Below are positions 20,508-32,777 of a stretch of 64,000 nt of DNA, piece after piece (the first letter of the stretch is position 1; each line of letters starts with the position of its first letter). Made by a program: the position numbers and the translations under genes. The notes beneath the pieces are model-generated. The model was not told the DNA's origin, did not search any database, and saw only the letters and a program-made list of their open reading frames with translations. This DNA is from Thermoanaerobaculia bacterium (GTDB lineage Bacteria; Acidobacteriota; Thermoanaerobaculia; UBA5066; Gp7-AA6). The stretch covers positions 226 to 64,225 of the forward strand of contig DATKAE010000011.1 in assembly GCA_035498405.1 (NCBI GenBank), in the 5' to 3' direction.

Positions 20508-21451
20508 CGACGGCAGCCCCGGCGCGCCTTCCCGACGCGCTGCGCAAGGGGTTTCTGCTCTTGATCGACAAGCCGGCGGGGTTGACGTCCCACGACGTCG
20601 TCGAGAGGGTCCGCCGCGTTCTCAACCTGCCGCGCATCGGCCACAGCGGCACCCTCGACCCGATGGCGACGGGGTTGCTGCTGCTCTGCGCGGGCGGTGC
20701 GGCGCGGCTGCAAGGGTTCTTCACGCGCATGGACAAGTCCTACGAAGGGATCATCCGGCTCGGACGAGCGACGACGACCTACGATCGCGAGGGCAGCGCC
20801 ACCGGCCCGGAAAAGGACGCAACCGGCGTACGAAGCGAGGACGTCGAAGCGGCCGCCGCCGCCTTCCGGGGCGAGTTTCTGCAGGCGCCGCCGCCCTACT
20901 CGGCCAAGAAGGTCGGGGGCCGCAAGCTCTACGAGCTCGCGCGAAAAGGGGAAACCGTCGCCGTCGCTCCCAAGAAGGTGCGGGTCTCCGAGCTCTCTTT
21001 CGCGCCGCCGAGCGACGGACGGCTCCCCTTCTCGATCTCCTGTACCTCCGGCACCTACATTCGCTCGATCGCGAGCGAGCTCGGAGAGAGACTCGGCTGC
21101 GGGGCGCACCTCGAAGTTCTGCGGCGGACCCGGGTCGGAGATTTTTCCGTCGCCGACGCGGTGCCGCTCGAAGCCTTCGAACAGATGGCCGCCGAGCGGC
21201 GCCTGCAGGCGCCTCAGGCGGTCCCGCTCTCGCGGGTGCCCTTCCCGTTCGAGCGCGTTCGCGTGGCGTCGCTCGAGGCCTGGAAGCTGCGCAAGGGACA
21301 GTCGATCCCCCTGCGGAGCGTCTCGGCACGCGAGGGCGAATGGATCACGCTCGTCGGACCGGGGGATGAGATGGTGGCCCTCGGCCAAGTGACGCCGATC
21401 GGTCACGGGGGTGTCAGCCTCGTGCGGCCCAAGATCGTGCTGGAGGGATAG
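20504..21451 (+). CDS. truB: tRNA pseudouridine(55) synthase
   Basis: GFLLLIDKPAGLTSHDVV, GHSGTLDPMATGLL and a PUA-like C-terminus. Confidence 0.93.
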   Translation: MTTAAPARLPDALRKGFLLLIDKPAGLTSHDVVERVRRVLNLPRIGHSGTLDPMATGLLLLCAGGAARLQGFFTRMDKSYEGIIRLGRATTTYDREGSATGPEKDATGVRSEDVEAAAAAFRGEFLQAPPPYSAKKVGGRKLYELARKGETVAVAPKKVRVSELSFAPPSDGRLPFSISCTSGTYIRSIASELGERLGCGAHLEVLRRTRVGDFSVADAVPLEAFEQMAAERRLQAPQAVPLSRVPFPFERVRVASLEAWKLRKGQSIPLRSVSAREGEWITLVGPGDEMVALGQVTPIGHGGVSLVRPKIVLEG

Positions 21452-21552
21452 ACGGATAGGCCGTCTGCGCGGGATCGACTCCCGGCGCCAAGTTGTGCTA
21501 GGCTGGCGGTTTATAGAAAAAGTGTGAGAGAAGCGAAAGTAGTGGAGGTTTC

Positions 21553-21828
21553 TTGAACGTCACGGAATTTGGAACGGAAAAGCCGAACATCGTCCGGCAG
21601 TTCCGCACCCACGACAAGGACACCGGCTCCCCCGAGGTCCAAGTCGCCCTGTTGACCAATCGAATCGGCTACCTGACGGAGCACTTCAAGTCCAACGCGA
21701 AGGACCACCACTCGCGCCGCGGCTTGCTCAAGCTCGTCAGCCGGCGACGGCGGCTGCTCGATTACCTGAAGAACGAGAGCCCCGAGCGGTACCAGAAGCT
21801 GATCGATCGCCTCGGTCTCCGCAAGTAG
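21553..21828 (+). CDS. rpsO: 30S ribosomal protein S15
   Basis: [48 protein letters not shown] start 4-5 nt after GGAGG. Confidence 0.93.
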   Translation: MNVTEFGTEKPNIVRQFRTHDKDTGSPEVQVALLTNRIGYLTEHFKSNAKDHHSRRGLLKLVSRRRRLLDYLKNESPERYQKLIDRLGLRK

Positions 21829-21935
21829 ATCCGTCGGCCCTTCGGCGGGTCTCGGGCGAGGATTCCCGGGGAGCAACGGCCTCCCGCCGTCCCCACTTTC
21901 CGCCCGCCGCGGCGCCACTGGAAAAGGAATTAACC

Positions 21936-24167
<2,232 letters not shown>

Positions 24168-24201
24168 CGCCGGACTCGAATCCATCGGCCCGAGGCCGAG
24201 C

Positions 24202-24231
24202 AGCGCGGCGGAGACGCCGCGCTTTTTTGTT
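24202..24231 (+). terminator. rho-independent terminator after pnp
   Basis: AGCGCGGCG gaga CGCCGCGCT followed by TTTTTGTT. Confidence 0.75.
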
Positions 24232-24249
24232 GCTCGGAGCGGGGCCCGG

Positions 24250-24660
24250 TCACCGCATCCGAATCGCGATGCGCACCCACCAGGGGGCCTGCGGGGGCTG
24301 CGGGTACTTCGCCTCCTGGAAATCGGGCTCCACGCACCGCGAGACGTCGGTCTCGGGCACGAAGATCAATTCCTCCGATTCTCCCGCGGCGCTCACGCGG
24401 ACGAATGCCTCGAAGGAGACGAGCTGGTCCTTCGGGACGCCCTTCGCACAGCGCTCGAGGGCTTTCTTGAGCCACCGGTCGAGGTGCGCCTCGAGCGCCG
24501 TCTGGTAGCGACGCCCGGCCGGCGTGCGGGCGTTCTCGTCGGCCGCCTCGCGCGCGATCGTCGGGCTCGTGCGCTTGGCCTCCTCGGCCGCCGCGGAGGC
24601 GCCGAGGCTGCAGGCAAGCGCGAGGGTCCACACCATCCCCCTTCTCACATCCGCGATCAT
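24250..24660 (-). CDS. hypothetical secreted protein
   Basis: Trimmed to MIADVRRGMVWTLALACSLGASAAAEE (signal peptide). No recognisable family. Confidence 0.5.
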   Translation of the reverse strand: MIADVRRGMVWTLALACSLGASAAAEEAKRTSPTIAREAADENARTPAGRRYQTALEAHLDRWLKKALERCAKGVPKDQLVSFEAFVRVSAAGESEELIFVPETDVSRCVEPDFQEAKYPQPPQAPWWVRIAIRMR

Positions 24661-24673
24661 GGCACGCCCCGCC

Positions 24674-25042
24674 TCAGTAGGGCATCTCCTCGTCATTCAA
24701 GCCCAGCATGTGCCCGACTTCGTGAACGACGGTGTCGCGGATCTCGCGCACGGCCTCGCCGCGGGTCTGGCAGCAGCGCAGGATCGGACCCCGGAAGATC
24801 GCGATCTGCGCCGGCAGCGGCGACAGCGCCGCCTCCCTCTCGAAGAAGGGGACGCCGCGGAAGATCCCGAAGAGTTCTTCCTCCTCGGGCGTGTCCGTCT
24901 CGTCGTAGTCCTCCGGAGAGGCCTCTTCCTCTACCACGACGACGACGTTCTGGAGGTACCGGCGAAACTTCTCGGGCACGGAGGCCAGGGCTTCCTCGAC
25001 GTAAGAGTCAAACTCCCCCTGGGTGACGCGGGAAGAGCTCAC
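24674..25042 (-). CDS. small metallopeptidase-family (zincin-like, DUF1025-type) protein
   Basis: About 122 aa ending ...TVVHEVGHMLGLNDEEMPY (HExxH). The GTG start overlaps the upstream stop (GTGA). Confidence 0.6.
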   Translation of the reverse strand: MSSSRVTQGEFDSYVEEALASVPEKFRRYLQNVVVVVEEEASPEDYDETDTPEEEELFGIFRGVPFFEREAALSPLPAQIAIFRGPILRCCQTRGEAVREIRDTVVHEVGHMLGLNDEEMPY

Positions 25043-25809
25043 GGCCGGCCCGCGAAAAGACGGTCGAAGTTGTCGATCGTCGCTCGTGCCACGGTCTCGA
25101 GATCGACGCCCTTGACCTCGGCGAGCTTCCTTGCCGTCTCGACGACGAAGGCCGGCTCGCAGGGCTTCCCGCGGTGGGGAACGGGCGCGAGGTACGGCGT
25201 GTCGGTCTCGAGCAGCATCGCCTCGAGCGGCAGGTCCGCCGCCGCGGCGCGGATGTTCTCCGCCGCGCGAAAGGTGATCATCCCCGAAAAGGATACGAGG
25301 TAGCCCATGCCGATGGCCGCCTTGCCGTAGGCGCCGTTTTCCGTGAAGGAATGGAAGACGCCCGGGCGCTCGCGCGGCGGCAACCGCTCCAGCAGCGCCC
25401 GCATTTCCCCGCTGCTCTCCCGGTTGTGCAGGAGCGCCGGCAGGGCGAGCCTCGCCGCGAGGTCCAGCATCCACTCGAGCACCTCGATCTGCACCGGGCG
25501 CGGCGAGTGCTCGTAGTGGAAGTCGAGGCCGACCTCGCCGATCGCCGCCACGCGCGGCTGCCGGGCGAGATCTTCGAGGGCCGCGCCGTCGCGCTTCCAG
25601 TCGAAACGCCTGGCCTCGTGGGGATGCACTCCCACGGCGGCCCAGACGTCGTCTTGCTCCGCGGCGAGTACCACCGCGCGCGCCGAATCCTCGAGCGTCG
25701 TCCCGGGCACGAGAAAGCGCCCGACACCCGCCGCCCGCGCGCGGGCGAGCAACGCGGCCGCGTCCACCCCCATCTGCAGGTGGCAATGCGAGTCGGAGAG
25801 GGGTGTCAA
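25039..25809 (-). CDS. TatD-family metal-dependent hydrolase/DNase
   Basis: 256 aa; SHCHLQ at the N-terminus, GEVGLDFHY, and the HSF...ETDTPYLAP pattern. Confidence 0.88.
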   Translation of the reverse strand: MTPLSDSHCHLQMGVDAAALLARARAAGVGRFLVPGTTLEDSARAVVLAAEQDDVWAAVGVHPHEARRFDWKRDGAALEDLARQPRVAAIGEVGLDFHYEHSPRPVQIEVLEWMLDLAARLALPALLHNRESSGEMRALLERLPPRERPGVFHSFTENGAYGKAAIGMGYLVSFSGMITFRAAENIRAAAADLPLEAMLLETDTPYLAPVPHRGKPCEPAFVVETARKLAEVKGVDLETVARATIDNFDRLFAGRP

Positions 25810-25811
25810 GT

Positions 25812-27746
25812 TTACTTGACTCTGCTGCCGGGCGGCACGTTGGCAGCCACTTCGAGGAGCGACGGCTCCCCCGCTTCACCGACGGTGGCGGCGAGCACCA
25901 TCCCGTTGGACTCGACCCCCATCAGCTTGGCTGGCTTGAGATTCACCACGACCACGACGTTTCGGCCCACCAGTGCCTCCGGCTCGTACTGGGCCGCGAT
26001 GCCGGCCACGATCTGACGCTCTTCGGCTCCGATGTCCACTCTCAATTTCATCAACTTGTTCGACTTCGGCACCCGCTCGGCCGCGATGACGCGGGCCGTG
26101 CGAAGTTGCACTCTCTGGAACTCTTCGATACCGATGCGGCCGTCGGACTCCGGGGTTCCCGCGGGAGCGGGTGCGATGGGTTTTTCGCTCATGGTCTGCT
26201 CCTCTCGACCAAAGTAAACGCCGGCATCGGCGCGAGGAAACAAGGAAGGAGGCTCCGGCATGGGAGAACCCGGCACCAGACCGCCCCAGGAGAGGTCGGC
26301 CGCCACGGGGAGGCGCGCCGGAAGGCCGAACGCTTCGAAGATGCGACGCGCGGTCGCCGGCAGAAACGGCGAGAGCATGGCCGCCGTCAGGCGCACGCCC
26401 TCGGCGGCGGCGTAGAGGATCCGGGAGAGGCGCGGCGAGGCGCCCTCCTCTTTGCGCACCTTCCAGGGCTCGTGCGCCACGACGTAGCCGTTGATCTCCG
26501 TCAGGAGGCGCCAGACGGCCTCGAGCGCCCGGTTGAAGGCGAAGTCCTCCATCGCCGCGCGCCACTCGGGCAGCGTCCGCTCGAAGGACACCTTCACCTC
26601 GTTGTCGGTGCAGCGCTCGGGCGGCACGGCGCCGAAGGACTGACGGCACAGCGCCGCGACCCGCGAGACCGTGTTGCCGAGGTCGTTGGCGAGATCCGCG
26701 TTGTAGCGCGCGAGAAACGCCTCGTCGGAGAAGCTCGCGTCCTGGCCGAAAGCCATCTCGCGCATCAGGAAATAGCGCAGGGCCTCGGGCCCGAACGCCT
26801 CGACCAGGGCGTCGGGGCGCACGACGTTGCCGACGGACTTCGACATCTTCCGGGCATCGCGCAGCCACCAGCCGTGAGCCCAAACGGTCGTCGGCAGCGG
26901 AAGTCCCGCCGAAAGGAGGAAGGCCGGCCAGTACACGGCGTGGAACCGCAGAATGTCCTTGCCGATCAGGTGGACGCGCCGACCGTCCGGCGCCTCCCAG
27001 AACTCCCGGTAGAAGCGGTCGTCTTCCGATCCGAAGCCGAGCGCGGTGATGTAGTTGGCCAGCGCATCGAGCCACACGTAGACGACGTGCCCGGGTCGGC
27101 CCGGGAACGGAATGCCCCACTTGACCTTCGAACGGGAGACCGAGAGGTCGGTCAGCCCGCCGCGCACGAAGGACGCGACCTCCGCCAGCCGGCTCTCGGG
27201 CCGCACGAATTCGGGATGCCTCCCGTAGTGCTCGAGAAGCCGCGCGGCGTATCGGGAAAGGCGAAAGAAGACGTTCTCCTCGGACTCCCAGGCGCAAGGC
27301 GTACCGTGCTGGGGACATCGTCTTTCGGCATCGAGCTCCTTTTCCGTGTAGAAGGCCTCGCAGCTGGCGCAATACCAACCCTCGTGCTTGTCGACGTAGA
27401 AGTCCCCGGCAGATTCGATCCGCTCGATCAGTGCTTCGACCCCGCGGCGGTGGCGACCCTCGGTCGTCCGGATGAAGTCGTCGTGCGCGATTTCGAACCG
27501 GCGGTAGAGCTCGTGATAGCGCGCCACGACCCGATCGGCGAGCGCGATCGGCGTCACGCCCTGCGCGGCCGCGGCCTTCTCGATGTTCTGTCCGTGCTCG
27601 TCGGTGCCCGTCAGGAGCCGCGTCGGCTCGCCGAGCAGGCGGTGAAAGCGGGACGCGACGTCGCAGACGACCGTCGAGTAGATGTGGCCGATGTGCGGCA
27701 GGTCGTTGACGTAATAGATCGGTGTCGTGACGTAGAAGGGACGCAT
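25812..27746 (-). CDS. metG: methionine--tRNA ligase with C-terminal tRNA-binding (EMAP/Trbp111-like) domain
   Basis: YYVNDLPHIGH (HIGH), KMSKS, a CxxC knuckle, and a C-terminal OB domain (KLMKLRVDIG...VVNLKPAKLMGVESNGMVLA). Confidence 0.95.
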   Translation of the reverse strand: MRPFYVTTPIYYVNDLPHIGHIYSTVVCDVASRFHRLLGEPTRLLTGTDEHGQNIEKAAAAQGVTPIALADRVVARYHELYRRFEIAHDDFIRTTEGRHRRGVEALIERIESAGDFYVDKHEGWYCASCEAFYTEKELDAERRCPQHGTPCAWESEENVFFRLSRYAARLLEHYGRHPEFVRPESRLAEVASFVRGGLTDLSVSRSKVKWGIPFPGRPGHVVYVWLDALANYITALGFGSEDDRFYREFWEAPDGRRVHLIGKDILRFHAVYWPAFLLSAGLPLPTTVWAHGWWLRDARKMSKSVGNVVRPDALVEAFGPEALRYFLMREMAFGQDASFSDEAFLARYNADLANDLGNTVSRVAALCRQSFGAVPPERCTDNEVKVSFERTLPEWRAAMEDFAFNRALEAVWRLLTEINGYVVAHEPWKVRKEEGASPRLSRILYAAAEGVRLTAAMLSPFLPATARRIFEAFGLPARLPVAADLSWGGLVPGSPMPEPPSLFPRADAGVYFGREEQTMSEKPIAPAPAGTPESDGRIGIEEFQRVQLRTARVIAAERVPKSNKLMKLRVDIGAEERQIVAGIAAQYEPEALVGRNVVVVVNLKPAKLMGVESNGMVLAATVGEAGEPSLLEVAANVPPGSRVK

Positions 27747-27788
27747 GTGAAACGCGAAAGATAGCGCATTTGCTCGGGGGAGCCGCGC

Positions 27789-28493
27789 TCACAGCAGGCC
27801 CGACTCGCGGAACGAAATGCAGCCGTCCCGCGCCACGACGATGTGATCGAGCAGCCGCAACCCCACGGCCTCGGCCGCGGACGCGAGGCGCCGCGTGAAC
27901 TCGCGGTCCTCCCGCGACGGAGTCGGGTCTCCCGAAGGATGGTTGTGGTAGACGATCAGCCCCGCCGCGTTGGCCAGCAGCGCCCGCTTCAGCAGCTCCC
28001 GCGGCTCGACCACGGCGCGGTCGAGCGTGCCGCGGTAGATCTCCGGGTCGTGCCGGACCAGACGGTTGCGGGCATTCAAGAAGAACGCGCCGGTCCGCTC
28101 CTGCGTGCCATCCCCCTGCGATTGCCGCAGCGATTCCTTGACCAGCCTCGGCTCGTTCAAGAGGTCCCGGCCGGCGAGCGTCTCGGTGGCGAGGCGCCTC
28201 CCGATCTCGAGCGCCGCCTCGATCGCCGCCCCGCGAGCCTGCTTGATCCCGCGCTCCCGGCGCAGCTCGGCTCCGGAGAGGCCGGCCAACCCGGCTAAGC
28301 CGCCGTGCGCCGCGAGCAGCCGGCGGGCGCGGTCGAGCACGCTCTCGCCCGGCGACCCGGTGCCGAGCAGGAGCGAGAGAAGCTCCTCGTTCGAAAGCGC
28401 CGAGGGCCCGAGTCTCGCCAGCCGCTCGCGGGGCCGGTCCTCGAAGGGAATGTCCTGGATGCGAAACGTGCGGACAGAATGGAGCTCGGTCAT
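27789..28493 (-). CDS. radC: RadC-family JAB-domain protein (UPF0758)
   Basis: PRERLARLGPSALSNEELLSLLLGTG and the HNHPSGDPTPSREDREFT JAMM motif. Confidence 0.88.
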   Translation of the reverse strand: MTELHSVRTFRIQDIPFEDRPRERLARLGPSALSNEELLSLLLGTGSPGESVLDRARRLLAAHGGLAGLAGLSGAELRRERGIKQARGAAIEAALEIGRRLATETLAGRDLLNEPRLVKESLRQSQGDGTQERTGAFFLNARNRLVRHDPEIYRGTLDRAVVEPRELLKRALLANAAGLIVYHNHPSGDPTPSREDREFTRRLASAAEAVGLRLLDHIVVARDGCISFRESGLL

Positions 28494-28580
28494 GGTCGTG
28501 GCCGGAGGACGGCGGAGGGCGAAGGACCCGGGAGGGAGGACGCTGGAATGATGCCACCGCCGGGGGGAGAATTCAACCGG

Positions 28581-28778
28581 ATGAGATCGATCCTGATCGC
28601 TCTCGGGATTCTGCTTCTCGCGGTCGGAATCCTCTGGCCGCTTCTCTCGCGCTACCTGGGGAGGCTGCCGGGCGACATCGTCGTCCGCCGGCCGGGCTTC
28701 ACGTTCGTCTTCCCGGTCGTCACCTGCCTGATCGTGTCGCTCGTCCTCTCGCTGCTCCTCTGGCTCCTGCGGCGCTGA
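28581..28778 (+). CDS. DUF2905-like small membrane protein
   Basis: 65 aa; ...LGRLPGDIVVRRPGFTFVFPVVTCLIVS...; ATG at 28581 inside the longer track ORF. Confidence 0.7.
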   Translation: MRSILIALGILLLAVGILWPLLSRYLGRLPGDIVVRRPGFTFVFPVVTCLIVSLVLSLLLWLLRR

Positions 28779-28784
28779 GGCCCT

Positions 28785-29840
28785 TCAGTCACCGTCGGGC
28801 CACCGGCCCCCGGGGTCGGCGACCTGGAGCACGATCTTGCCGTGCTGCTTGCCCTCCTCGAGGCGCGCGTAAGCCTGCCCGGCCTCCGAAAGCGGGAACA
28901 CCTGATCGATCCGCGGCGTGAGCTTGCCCGCCTCGACGGCGGACAGCATGGCGCGGAATTCGCGGTCGTTGGACATCGTCGAACCCAGGATGGAGATCTG
29001 CTTCCAGAAGATGAGGCGAATCTCCTCCTTGGGGTTCGGCCCCGAGGTGGCGCCGCACGTCACGATGCGGCCTCCGAGAGCCACCGCCTTGAGCGAGGTC
29101 GCCCAGGTCTTCTCGCCGACCGAGTCCACAACGACGTCCACACCGCGCTTGCCGGTGATCGTCCGGACGGACTTTGCCACGTCCTCCTTCGCATGATCGA
29201 GCACGACCTCCGCTCCCGCCTCGCGAAGGCGCCGGGATTTTTCCTCGCCGGAGGTCGTCGCGAAGACCCTCGCTCCCGCAAGCAGCGCGACCTCGACGGC
29301 CGCGCCGCCCACGCCCCCTCCCGCGCCGTGAACCAGGACCGTCTCCCCCGGGCGGACCGCCGCGCGCCCCACGATCATCCGCCAGGCCGTCTGGTAGACG
29401 AGGGGGAACGCCGCGGCCTGCTCGAAGGAAAGGCGCGCCGGAATGGGGAAGACATTGCGCGCAGGCACGACGACCTTCTCCGCGAAGGTTCCCGCGACGT
29501 GCTCGCCCACGATCTGGAACTTCACGCAGAGGCTCTGCTCGCCCCCGCGGCAGAATTCGCACGCGTTGCAGTAGAGCCCGGGCTGCAGGAGCACGCGATC
29601 CCCTTTGGCCAGGCCCTCGACACCCGGCCCGAGCACGTCGACGACGCCGGATCCGTCCGCCCCCGGAATCTGCGGGAGGGGCACGTCCGGAATGCCGTTG
29701 CGGACGAAGAGATCCAGATGATTGAGCGCCGCGGCCCGGATCGCCACGCGCACCTGGCCGGGCCCCGGCTCGGGATCCGGCCGGTCGCCGAACTGAAGGA
29801 CTTCGTTGCCGCCGTGCCTGTCGAAGAAGACTGCTTTCAT
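28785..29840 (-). CDS. zinc-type alcohol dehydrogenase / NADPH:quinone oxidoreductase family protein
   Basis: 351 aa with an MDR fold: GADGSGVV, VLVHGAGGGVGGAAV. Confidence 0.85.
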   Translation of the reverse strand: MKAVFFDRHGGNEVLQFGDRPDPEPGPGQVRVAIRAAALNHLDLFVRNGIPDVPLPQIPGADGSGVVDVLGPGVEGLAKGDRVLLQPGLYCNACEFCRGGEQSLCVKFQIVGEHVAGTFAEKVVVPARNVFPIPARLSFEQAAAFPLVYQTAWRMIVGRAAVRPGETVLVHGAGGGVGGAAVEVALLAGARVFATTSGEEKSRRLREAGAEVVLDHAKEDVAKSVRTITGKRGVDVVVDSVGEKTWATSLKAVALGGRIVTCGATSGPNPKEEIRLIFWKQISILGSTMSNDREFRAMLSAVEAGKLTPRIDQVFPLSEAGQAYARLEEGKQHGKIVLQVADPGGRWPDGD

Positions 29841-29850
29841 GCCGCCAAGA

Positions 29851-31455
29851 CTAGTTCAAATATCCGAGGGACTTGAGCTTCTCGAGGTACTCCCGGTCGC
29901 TTCCGCGGCGCGCCGTTTGCCCGGGCGCGATTCGGGGGCCGTAGGTTGGGACCGTCTCGGTCTCGACGCGACCCGGGGCAAACAGCGGCGCCGCCGGCCG
30001 GCCCGGCAGGTCGCGGGCGACCGGGACACCCGCCCGCGCCAGGATCGAAGGCGCCACGTCCTCCGGACGAATTTCGACCGTCTTCGGCGCCGCGCCGTCG
30101 AAGACGATAATCCGCTGCAAGGCGCCCGGCGCGGCGTGGCTGTCGGCCTCGAGAACGACGAGAGTGTCGCCCCGAGACGCCGCCCGCTCGGTCTCCTCCC
30201 GCAGAAAGTGCGCCGTTTCCTCGAGCGCCTGCCGGCGCCTTTCCGGATCCCGGCGCAGGATGTCCAAGCCGGGAAGATAGACCGTGCGAATCCGTTCGCC
30301 GCCGCCCTCCTTGGCCCGAAACAGCTCCCGGGCCAGCCGGTCGACACCGAGCCCGTCCCGAGCGCCGGCGAGCAGCTCCTCGTTGCCGACGACCGTTGCT
30401 CCAGGCCAAGGCCCCGAGGCCCACCAGCCGATCGCGAGCGTCGGGAGACCCGCCGAAGCGCCGACCTCCCAGAAGGCCAGGCGGCGCCGATCGGCGGCCG
30501 AGACAGGCGCGCTCGACGCCAGATGGAGGGCAGGCCCCAATCGCGCGAGGTACCAGCGCGTGCCGAACGGCGCCCTGACGGCGAGCGGCGAGCCGAGCGG
30601 ACGAACCCTTTCCAGGGCGGCAACGCCGTGCCGGGAGGGCGGCTCCCCGGTCGCCAGATCCATCCAGACCTCGGGAGGTGAGGCCGGCCTCGCCGGCCAC
30701 CACCCGGCCACCGCCTCGGCGGACGCGATCCCCTCCCCTCCCAACGAGTCGGCGGAGATCTCGCCGCGCCTCAGGCCGTCGACCGCGATGACCACGACGG
30801 CGCCCGATCGGGGCGAAGGTCGCGGCGGTGTGACGAGAGCGGGCTCCGGCCGCGAGACCAGAAGCACGGCCGCGACCAGGGTGCCGGCGACGGCCGCAAC
30901 GAGCAGCACCAACCTCCCTCGTCGCCGCGCGGGCAGAACCCGGGAATGGGCATAGGCCTGCGCCAGAAAACCGGCACGCACGCTGGTCGAGGCGAGCAAC
31001 GCCGCCGCGCCGATCGGGACTCCCCAAAGCAACGCCCTCAGAGGCAGCTCCCGGGCGAGTCCGTAGACGCCGGCTACCCAGAGTGTGAACACGATCAGCG
31101 CGGCCGCGAGGGCGGCCGCCGTGGCCATTGCGCCGGGCGTGCGCGAACGGTCGGCGAGGAAGGCGAGCATCACCGCTGCCAGAGAGGCCGGGACCAGGTT
31201 GGCGAAAAACAGGTGCGCGAGCAGGACGCCCAGGGCCGACACCGAGGAGCCGAGGCCCGCCTCCACGGACTCGACCACGGCGACCGAGGCCAACGCGGCG
31301 CCGAACGCCGAGAGCAGGACTCCCGGCAGGAGGAGTCCTCCCCGGCCCTCGAAGGCTCGGCGAAAAAGGAACCGCTCGACGCGGCCGTCGAGGTAGCCAA
31401 GATCCTTGAGACGCCGACGGGCCTCCTCCAGCGAAAGCGACGGCGTGCCGCTCAC
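29851..31455 (-). CDS. polytopic membrane protein with alkaline-phosphatase-superfamily (nucleotide pyrophosphatase/phosphodiesterase-like) periplasmic domain
   Basis: Several N-terminal TM helices. VVVIAVDGLR and ...LATGEPPSRHG resemble AlkP-superfamily metal/nucleophile loops. LGYL motifs at both termini. GTGA overlap with the upstream gene. Confidence 0.5.
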   Translation of the reverse strand: MSGTPSLSLEEARRRLKDLGYLDGRVERFLFRRAFEGRGGLLLPGVLLSAFGAALASVAVVESVEAGLGSSVSALGVLLAHLFFANLVPASLAAVMLAFLADRSRTPGAMATAAALAAALIVFTLWVAGVYGLARELPLRALLWGVPIGAAALLASTSVRAGFLAQAYAHSRVLPARRRGRLVLLVAAVAGTLVAAVLLVSRPEPALVTPPRPSPRSGAVVVIAVDGLRRGEISADSLGGEGIASAEAVAGWWPARPASPPEVWMDLATGEPPSRHGVAALERVRPLGSPLAVRAPFGTRWYLARLGPALHLASSAPVSAADRRRLAFWEVGASAGLPTLAIGWWASGPWPGATVVGNEELLAGARDGLGVDRLARELFRAKEGGGERIRTVYLPGLDILRRDPERRRQALEETAHFLREETERAASRGDTLVVLEADSHAAPGALQRIIVFDGAAPKTVEIRPEDVAPSILARAGVPVARDLPGRPAAPLFAPGRVETETVPTYGPRIAPGQTARRGSDREYLEKLKSLGYLN

Positions 31456-32333
31456 GCGCGGCGCTCGGCGACGACGCGCGCGAGGTCTGACAGCAGGCGC
31501 GCGCGGCGGCCGAGGGGGCGCAGGGCATCCACGGCCGCGGCGAGAAGCTCGTCCACCAGCCGGCGCGACGACGACGAGCCCAGCAGCCGCGCGAAATTGG
31601 CGCGGTGGGCATCCTGTCCCCGGTCCTTGCCCATCAACGCTTGGTCGCCCTCCCGATCGAGCAGGTCATCGGTGATCTGGAAGGCGAGCCCCAGATTGCG
31701 CGCGAAGCGGGTCAGTGACTCCAATTGCGGCTCGCGCGCTCCCCCGGCGTGCGCTCCTCCGCGAACGGCCGCGATGAAGAGGGCGCCGGTCTTGCGGGCG
31801 TGGATGGCCTCCAGGTCCTCCAGTCGAAGCCGGTCCGCCTGCGCCTCGAGGTCTGCCGCCTGCCCGGCGCAGCAGGCCTCCACCGCCTGCGCGAGCTCAC
31901 GGGTGAGCCGCGCTCGCGTCGCCGCGGACGTCGACGGGGCGCCGGCCACGAGCTCGAAGGCCCGGGCCACCAGGCAAACCGAAACGAGCTCCGCCGTGGC
32001 CGTTCCGTGCGACACGTGGAGCGCCGGCCGCCCGCGCCGGCGGCGAGCATTGTCCATCGAAGGCAGATCGTCCAGGACGAGTGACGCGGCGTGCACGTAT
32101 TCGACGGCGACCGCGACGGCCATCGAGGCCGCCTCCGGAGAGCCCGCGAACTGGCCGGCCGCCAGGGCGGCGAGCGCGCGCAGGCGCTTGCCCGGTGAGA
32201 GCACGGCCTCCGAGACGGCCCGGGCGAGGCTATCGGGGGAGATTTCGGGAAGGCAGCGTCGAAGCTCCGCCTCGAGCGCGGGGCGGTTCGCTTCGGCGAA
32301 CGCGTCGAAGGGCTTCTCCGCCGGGTCGGTCAT
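31452..32333 (-). CDS. polyprenyl diphosphate synthase (FPP/GGPP synthase family)
   Basis: First and second Asp-rich motifs LVLDDLPSMDN and FQITDDLLD. Confidence 0.88.
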   Translation of the reverse strand: MTDPAEKPFDAFAEANRPALEAELRRCLPEISPDSLARAVSEAVLSPGKRLRALAALAAGQFAGSPEAASMAVAVAVEYVHAASLVLDDLPSMDNARRRRGRPALHVSHGTATAELVSVCLVARAFELVAGAPSTSAATRARLTRELAQAVEACCAGQAADLEAQADRLRLEDLEAIHARKTGALFIAAVRGGAHAGGAREPQLESLTRFARNLGLAFQITDDLLDREGDQALMGKDRGQDAHRANFARLLGSSSSRRLVDELLAAAVDALRPLGRRARLLSDLARVVAERRA

Positions 32334-32421
32334 GAGGGAGAGGACCGCCCACGGCGGCGACCGTCTCGCGGCGGGGCCGGTCGGCGTCCGCGCTCCACGT
32401 TGCGCCGGCTCCGCCGGGAGG

Positions 32422-32763
32422 CTAGCCCCCGTAGCTCGTGACCGCCTCGGGCTCCGCTTCGTACACGTCGAAGACGGTGATCAGCTGCGTGACCGTCAGC
32501 ACATCGCTGATCTTGGGCGGCAAGTGCAGGAGCTTCAGCTTCCCACCCTTGTTGGTAACGGAGGTGTAACAGCCGACGAGCTCGCCGATTCCGGAAGAGT
32601 CGATCGTCGTCACTTCCTTCATGTTGATCAGGATGTTCTTCTTCCCGTCTTCCACGAGCTTGTTGATCGTCTCGCGCAGCTGAACATCCCCCGAGCCGAT
32701 CGTGATCTTCCCCTTGAGATCCAGGATCGACACCCCCCGGACCTCACGAACACTCGTCTTCAT
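32422..32763 (-). CDS. STAS-domain anti-sigma-factor antagonist (SpoIIAA/RsbV-like)
   Basis: 113 aa; ...MKEVTTIDSSGIGELV...; a conserved Ser is available for phosphorylation. Confidence 0.8.
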   Translation of the reverse strand: MKTSVREVRGVSILDLKGKITIGSGDVQLRETINKLVEDGKKNILINMKEVTTIDSSGIGELVGCYTSVTNKGGKLKLLHLPPKISDVLTVTQLITVFDVYEAEPEAVTSYGG

Positions 32764-32777
32764 CGTGTCCTCCCTCC

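Noticed and set aside
21480-21552. Sigma-70 promoter call upstream of rpsO (TTGTGC ... TATAGA).
   Set aside because: The spacer between the two hexamers is about 13 nt, too short for a canonical -35/-10 pair. It cannot be supported without mapping data.
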